Part shown: positions 59,388 through 64,000 of the stretch, one piece after another
Layout of the letters: every line of letters begins with the position of its first letter
Numbering within the stretch: the first letter of the stretch is position 1
Virus record (IMG/VR): IMGVR_UViG_3300022924_000206
Source: an uncultured virus (IMG/VR IMGVR_UViG_3300022924_000206)
Lineage: Duplodnaviria; Heunggongvirae; Uroviricota; Caudoviricetes
Length of the DNA: 64,000 nucleotides
Strand: one strand, 5' to 3'
Notes under the pieces: model-generated
What the model was told of the DNA's origin: nothing
Seen by the model: only the letters and a program-made list of their open reading frames with translations
The model's database searches: none
Position numbers and translations under genes: made by a program

Positions 59388-59555
59388 GACGGCTTAGGCT
59401 GCGCTCTAAGCTTTTCGTTTATATCTGCATGGTACGATTGCAGAACAGCGATAAACTCGCTTAGAGCGCAAGCCAGCGCCTCTCAATGGGCATTGGATTC
59501 GATAAGTTCACGAAGATATGTTATGATTGAACCGTGTAACTAGAAAGGAACAATA

Positions 59556-60821
59556 ATGCCTACATTCCCAGGCTTGGACATTGAGATAATCCGTAATCAA
59601 CCGGAACTCGTCCGCAGTTCCCTAGTAGCGCGTGGTCTCGATGTGACCCTTCTAGATCAGGCACTTGTAGCCGATGAGACCTATCGTAATTCGCTAACGG
59701 CGCTCGAGCTCGCAAGCCAGGAGAAGAATCGAGTCACTAAGCTCCTCAGCACCCGCCCAGCTAATTTTGACGAGCTGAAAGCGCAAGCAAAAGAGTTCGG
59801 AGCCAATCACAACGCTCTAGCAACTGAGCGGGATAATGCTCTTGCGGCGCTCGCTGAAATCACCGCGCAAATACCAAACTTGGTCCACCCGGAGGTTCCG
59901 CTCGGCGGGGAAGACGATTATGTGGTCCTAAAAACTCACGGAGAGTTTCCAAAGAAAAACTTTGAGCTCAAAAGCCATGATGAGCTGGGCCTCACCCTTG
60001 GGCTCTACGATGCGGAGCGCGGAGTAAAAGTAAGTGGTTCGCGTTTTGTGTTCCTCAAGGGGGCCGGAGCCATTCTCGAAAAGGCACTCATCGACTACGC
60101 TCTAGCTAAGGCGATTGCCAGCGGTTTCATTCCACTCACAACACCGACTCTAGTGAAGCCGGAGATAATGGAAGGGACAGGTTTCACAACTAAGCACAAT
60201 GATGAAATCTACTATCTTCCGGCGGATGATCTATATCTCACCGGTACAAATGAGGTGGCTCTGGCCGGTTACCACGCTGGAGAAATTCTGACTCTCGATG
60301 AAACTTTGAACTACGTGGGTATTTCGACTTGCTACCGCCGGGAGGCTGGAGCGGCTGGTAGAGATACTCGCGGGATCATTCGACTCCACCAGTTCAATAA
60401 GCTCGAGGGATTCATTTACACCACCGTAGGAGACGCGGAGGCTCAGCACGCTAATCTTCTAGCACTTCAAGAGGAAATTCTCCAGGGATTGGGACTTCAC
60501 TATCGAGTTATTGATACGGCGGCCGGGGATCTCGGAACAAGCGCCTACCGTAAGTACGATGTGGAGGCTTGGATTCCTAGCCAAAATCGTTTCCTAGAAC
60601 TAACCTCGAGCAGCAATTGCCTCACCTATCAGGCTAAACAGCTTGACATTCGGGAGCGCACCGCAGAGGGAAACAAAGCCGCAGCAACTCTAAACGGCAC
60701 TCTCGCCACCACTCGTTGGCTTGTTGCTATTCTTGAACAGCACCAGGACGAAAACGGCAACGTGAAAATTCCGGAGGTACTTCTTCCCTACACCCACGGA
60801 ATCACCGAACTAGTCGGATAA
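59556..60821 (+). CDS. serS: seryl-tRNA synthetase
   Basis: Coiled-coil N-arm, YRREAG...RGIIRLHQF, NGTLATTR. Confidence 0.93.
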   Translation: MPTFPGLDIEIIRNQPELVRSSLVARGLDVTLLDQALVADETYRNSLTALELASQEKNRVTKLLSTRPANFDELKAQAKEFGANHNALATERDNALAALAEITAQIPNLVHPEVPLGGEDDYVVLKTHGEFPKKNFELKSHDELGLTLGLYDAERGVKVSGSRFVFLKGAGAILEKALIDYALAKAIASGFIPLTTPTLVKPEIMEGTGFTTKHNDEIYYLPADDLYLTGTNEVALAGYHAGEILTLDETLNYVGISTCYRREAGAAGRDTRGIIRLHQFNKLEGFIYTTVGDAEAQHANLLALQEEILQGLGLHYRVIDTAAGDLGTSAYRKYDVEAWIPSQNRFLELTSSSNCLTYQAKQLDIRERTAEGNKAAATLNGTLATTRWLVAILEQHQDENGNVKIPEVLLPYTHGITELVG

Positions 60822-60823
60822 TT

Positions 60824-61816
60824 TCAGGCGATTAAAGCTTCCTGTTTTTCAACGGTGTTAGCCCAGCTAGTCGGTCCCTTATCAAAATTGGGGACCGGCT
60901 TAGCTGGATTTGCTGCAATAGTTGTTGGAGCCGCGGATTTAGCTCTGTGGAAACTCCCACCGTAGCCCTGGTAAAGTGAGATCGGTACAACTGCCTGACC
61001 AAGAACGTAGCCTTGAGCTTTCAAATTGTCATAACGTGACCCGGGCTTTGAGCCTTTCTGAGTGAAAGGGGTTCGTGTCCCATCGGCTGCCACGGCGGAG
61101 AATCCCTGATTGGGAGCTCTCATATTGAAATTCACTAAACCGAGGAAATCACCCTTGGACGAGTAAAGACCTCTTACTAAGCCTTCGCCCGGAGCGAGCT
61201 TTATTCCATCCACAACTCTCGGTTGAGTTACTTCATAAGCTGTTTTTGCCAGAATGTATTGGGCAGCCACATCTACATAAGCTTTTAGCGGCTTCATTTT
61301 CTCTTCGATTGCCGCTCTGTCAGCCGTCAGCTTAGCTATTGTTGCGTCTAAAGCGATGCCCTCAGGGGAACCTTCGAGTTTCTTTCCAAGTCCTTTTTTA
61401 TTTTTGCGAGCAGCATCGAGCTCGTCGGTGATGAGTTCGCTATCTTTTCTCAAAAGGGCAAAAGAAACCGTTTCAGGATCGTTCTTTTCAACGGTGTCCA
61501 TGTAATCCTTGAATTGCTCACGGGGAATACTCATGAGGTCTTCGTGGCTCATGGGGGTAAAAGTTGACGAACCGTAGCTTCCGGATTTGTAAAGCTTCGT
61601 GAGAACATCGCTAAAGTTCCTTGGTTCCACTTTCTTCTTAGGCTTAGCTAAAGTCTTGTGAGCCTCAGCTTCCATTGCGGTTTCAAAAGCGTTTACCGCA
61701 GCCTCTTCGGAGGTGTAGTGGTTTTCGCCACCGTTTTTACCACCGAAAGGACATTTACCGTGCTCGGCAGAGCATTTTCCCGGCCCATTGGGTCCCACAT
61801 GGAATACGCCGCTCAT
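60824..61816 (-). CDS. HCCH-module family protein
   Basis: FHVGPNGPGKCSA...CPFG...HY. Confidence 0.8.
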   Translation of the reverse strand: MSGVFHVGPNGPGKCSAEHGKCPFGGKNGGENHYTSEEAAVNAFETAMEAEAHKTLAKPKKKVEPRNFSDVLTKLYKSGSYGSSTFTPMSHEDLMSIPREQFKDYMDTVEKNDPETVSFALLRKDSELITDELDAARKNKKGLGKKLEGSPEGIALDATIAKLTADRAAIEEKMKPLKAYVDVAAQYILAKTAYEVTQPRVVDGIKLAPGEGLVRGLYSSKGDFLGLVNFNMRAPNQGFSAVAADGTRTPFTQKGSKPGSRYDNLKAQGYVLGQAVVPISLYQGYGGSFHRAKSAAPTTIAANPAKPVPNFDKGPTSWANTVEKQEALIA

Positions 61817-61880
61817 AGAAACTCCCTCTTCTATGGAGTTTCTAAAGTGAAAGATTCAGGAGCTGTTTAGATATTTGTCT

Positions 61881-63146
61881 ATGGTTTACCACATTCATCC
61901 GGTCACCGGAACCCCTGCGCTTTGCAGAGCTGAAAAAGGACATTGTCCTTTCGGAGCTCATCAAGAGCATTATGCATCGAAAGAGTTAGCTCGCGGGGCA
62001 TTTGAAGAGCAGATGAAAGACGAATTGCTTTCAACTCATAAGCATGATCCAGAACTTGCTAAATCAGTACGAGAGCTTTTTGATTATCATATTCAGAACA
62101 GTGATGATCCAGATGTGAAATCTCTTCTTGAGTATACTAAAGAAGAGTTAGCAACGGCCGATTCAGTGGTAAAACTCAATAGAATTTCAGCACTTTACTA
62201 CAGCGCCGCCAATGACCTCGATGACGACGAGAACACAGCTGAAGCTTCGGATATGGTCGGTGTAGTCGCGGAAACGCTGAGGGAACACTATAGAGGGTTC
62301 AGAACTGGTCTAATCAATAAGGACCTCCTCGAAGATGAAGAGGGCTATGTAGCCCCTCGAAGAGAGTTAACTAAACAGACCCTAGAGAAAGAAAGACAGC
62401 GTAACCTAAACAATAAGCTAATAAATTCTTTAACTGAAAGCGGCCTTGTCAAAACAGAAGGCTACCAGGTCGCTATCGTTAGAAGTGACGAAAGCGAAGA
62501 AACATTGGGAGAGTTTATCCGCAATACTCCCAATGATGCTGTTTTCTACGGAACCACGGGAATAGCTAAAAATGACGAAGCTAGAAAGATAGTAGAGGCT
62601 AACGGCAATGCTCTTGTCAAAGCTTTCACCGTGGACGGAGAATTTTCTGCACCTTTGCAAATGTCGAGAGACACAAAAAGGTTACCGGAAGGTTTTGTCT
62701 ATCTCGCCGCCGGAGCTGAGAGTAATGTATACCTCCACGAAGCCACCGGAACGGTTTATAAAATTCCCCATAGGGAAGCTATTACTAAAGATCGCTTCGC
62801 CGGAGGAAACGAAGAAGACAAAGAGAGAAATTCACTCAACGCGGTTGTTTTCAATGCTGAAGCTGCCTATAAACTAATAGATAGGAAAACATTAGCGAAA
62901 GATTACGGAGCTGAATATCTCACCACCTATTTCCTCTCCCTCAATGACGAATCAGGTAAATCGGTCGGAATTATCGTCCAGCCGTATCTTGACGGAGAGC
63001 GCTATATGGATTACTCATTAACCAATGAAGAGCGTTATGATCCTCAGGTAGCAGGGGTTAATGACATCCACGGTGGTAACGTAAGACTAGACAGAAAAAC
63101 AGGCAAGCTAGTATTGTTTGATTGCCTATTCCATAATGCCTTCTGA
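61881..63146 (+). CDS. HCCH-module protein with protein-kinase-like C-terminus
   Basis: YHIHPVTG...CPFG...HY; AGAESNVY, VYKIP, DIHGGN, LFD. Confidence 0.72.
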   Translation: MVYHIHPVTGTPALCRAEKGHCPFGAHQEHYASKELARGAFEEQMKDELLSTHKHDPELAKSVRELFDYHIQNSDDPDVKSLLEYTKEELATADSVVKLNRISALYYSAANDLDDDENTAEASDMVGVVAETLREHYRGFRTGLINKDLLEDEEGYVAPRRELTKQTLEKERQRNLNNKLINSLTESGLVKTEGYQVAIVRSDESEETLGEFIRNTPNDAVFYGTTGIAKNDEARKIVEANGNALVKAFTVDGEFSAPLQMSRDTKRLPEGFVYLAAGAESNVYLHEATGTVYKIPHREAITKDRFAGGNEEDKERNSLNAVVFNAEAAYKLIDRKTLAKDYGAEYLTTYFLSLNDESGKSVGIIVQPYLDGERYMDYSLTNEERYDPQVAGVNDIHGGNVRLDRKTGKLVLFDCLFHNAF

Positions 63147-63147
63147 C

Positions 63148-63867
63148 ATGAGATACCATCTGAATGAGAAAGGCCCTGCAATTTGCAGGGCCAAAAGCGA
63201 TGATTCATGTCCCCTCGGAGCTAAGGATTCCAGTTCAATCCACTATGAGACGAAAGAACTCGCTCAAACAGCTTTCGAAGAAAAGTTAGCGCAAGAACAC
63301 GGAGGCAATCTCACAGCCTCTAAGAAAACTCCTAAAGTGATCGAAACTGAGTTTGATCCGTTCTCCCTAGTCGAGGATCCTCCCGGGGCAAAAAGCGGTA
63401 CCATCGTGAGAGCTAAAGACGGTACTCTACTAATAGTCTCCGACAATGACACTTACAATGAGTTCGGCGCCTACATGGTAGGAAATCTCACCAATGAGCC
63501 GGAAATAGCCGCAAAGCTCCATAAATTAGATCCTAGAAAGAATTACCAGGAAGGCTCATGTGATTCACTGTCATTCGCTCTGTTAGAAGCCAACGAGGAC
63601 ATCGTGGCTGTGGATGAATTAGTCAATGAGAGTGGGGAAATGTGGCATTCCATAGCTCGTCATAAAGACGGCTACTATATTGATTCCTTAGGGAAGTGGA
63701 GTGAGCAGGATCTTTACGATTATTGGGAGAGCATCGGTATTCGTGAAGACGAGGGTGAGTTCTCTTTCAAATATGATGTCCATGAAGAGCCGGGCAAAAA
63801 TCCCAATTTTGCCCCTGAAGATTCACTGAAACCTTTAGTAGTTTACTTAAATTCTCTTACTAAATAG
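63148..63867 (+). CDS. HCCH-module protein with Cys-His-Asp domain
   Basis: YHLNEKGPAICRA...CPLG...HY; GSCDSLS, WHSI, YIDSLG. Confidence 0.75.
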   Translation: MRYHLNEKGPAICRAKSDDSCPLGAKDSSSIHYETKELAQTAFEEKLAQEHGGNLTASKKTPKVIETEFDPFSLVEDPPGAKSGTIVRAKDGTLLIVSDNDTYNEFGAYMVGNLTNEPEIAAKLHKLDPRKNYQEGSCDSLSFALLEANEDIVAVDELVNESGEMWHSIARHKDGYYIDSLGKWSEQDLYDYWESIGIREDEGEFSFKYDVHEEPGKNPNFAPEDSLKPLVVYLNSLTK

Positions 63868-63928
63868 TTCCTTTTTGAAGTGGTTCGCTTTGATATAAGA
63901 ACCGTATGAGAAACAGAAAGGCTTCGGC

Positions 63929-64000
63929 ATGAAAATCAAGTCGGCCAGGCGTATTGAGCCTGAGTTGTCCCGCTGCATTGAAGTAGACTCTCCAGATAGA
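63929..64000 (+). CDS. partial ORF beginning with an intein C-fragment-like sequence
   Basis: MKIKSARRIEPELSRCIEVDSPDR; runs off window. Confidence 0.55.
   Translation, partial: MKIKSARRIEPELSRCIEVDSPDR

Noticed and set aside
1..64000. CRISPR array, transposase or integrase
   Set aside because: No regularly spaced repeats or recognisable motifs seen
1..64000. Genome-wide stop-codon reassignment
   Set aside because: Long conserved genes are intact in code 11, and TAG and TGA end several genes

Overview
This window looks like part of a large, probably actinobacterial (Micrococcales-like) phage genome. The host is inferred from the ClpP1/ClpP2 pair, class Ib NrdF, SerRS and the tRNA styles. 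Bases 1-24,200 are an RNA-dense, + strand array of about 45 conventional tRNAs (mostly without encoded CCA) and about 20 aberrant tRNA-like RNAs, a Thr(GGU) tRNA interrupted by 65 nt, an amber suppressor, a compact RNase P RNA, a tmRNA and an ~810-nt GOLLD-like RNA carrying an internal tRNA. The array also holds two copies of an RNA that reproduces the 23S rRNA GTPase-associated centre (H43/H44, the uL11/thiostrepton site) with a ~162-nt structured insert. Bases 24,200-64,000 are protein-coding: DnaE split around dnaX, a CCA-adding enzyme, NrdF, ClpP1/2, AspA, a desaturase, SerRS and a likely DNA-glycosylation cluster. Fourteen proteins in the window share an N-terminal H-C-C-H module fused to unrelated domains, often behind a TTAGAAA motif. 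All calls come from reading the sequence by eye; no database or folding tool was run.
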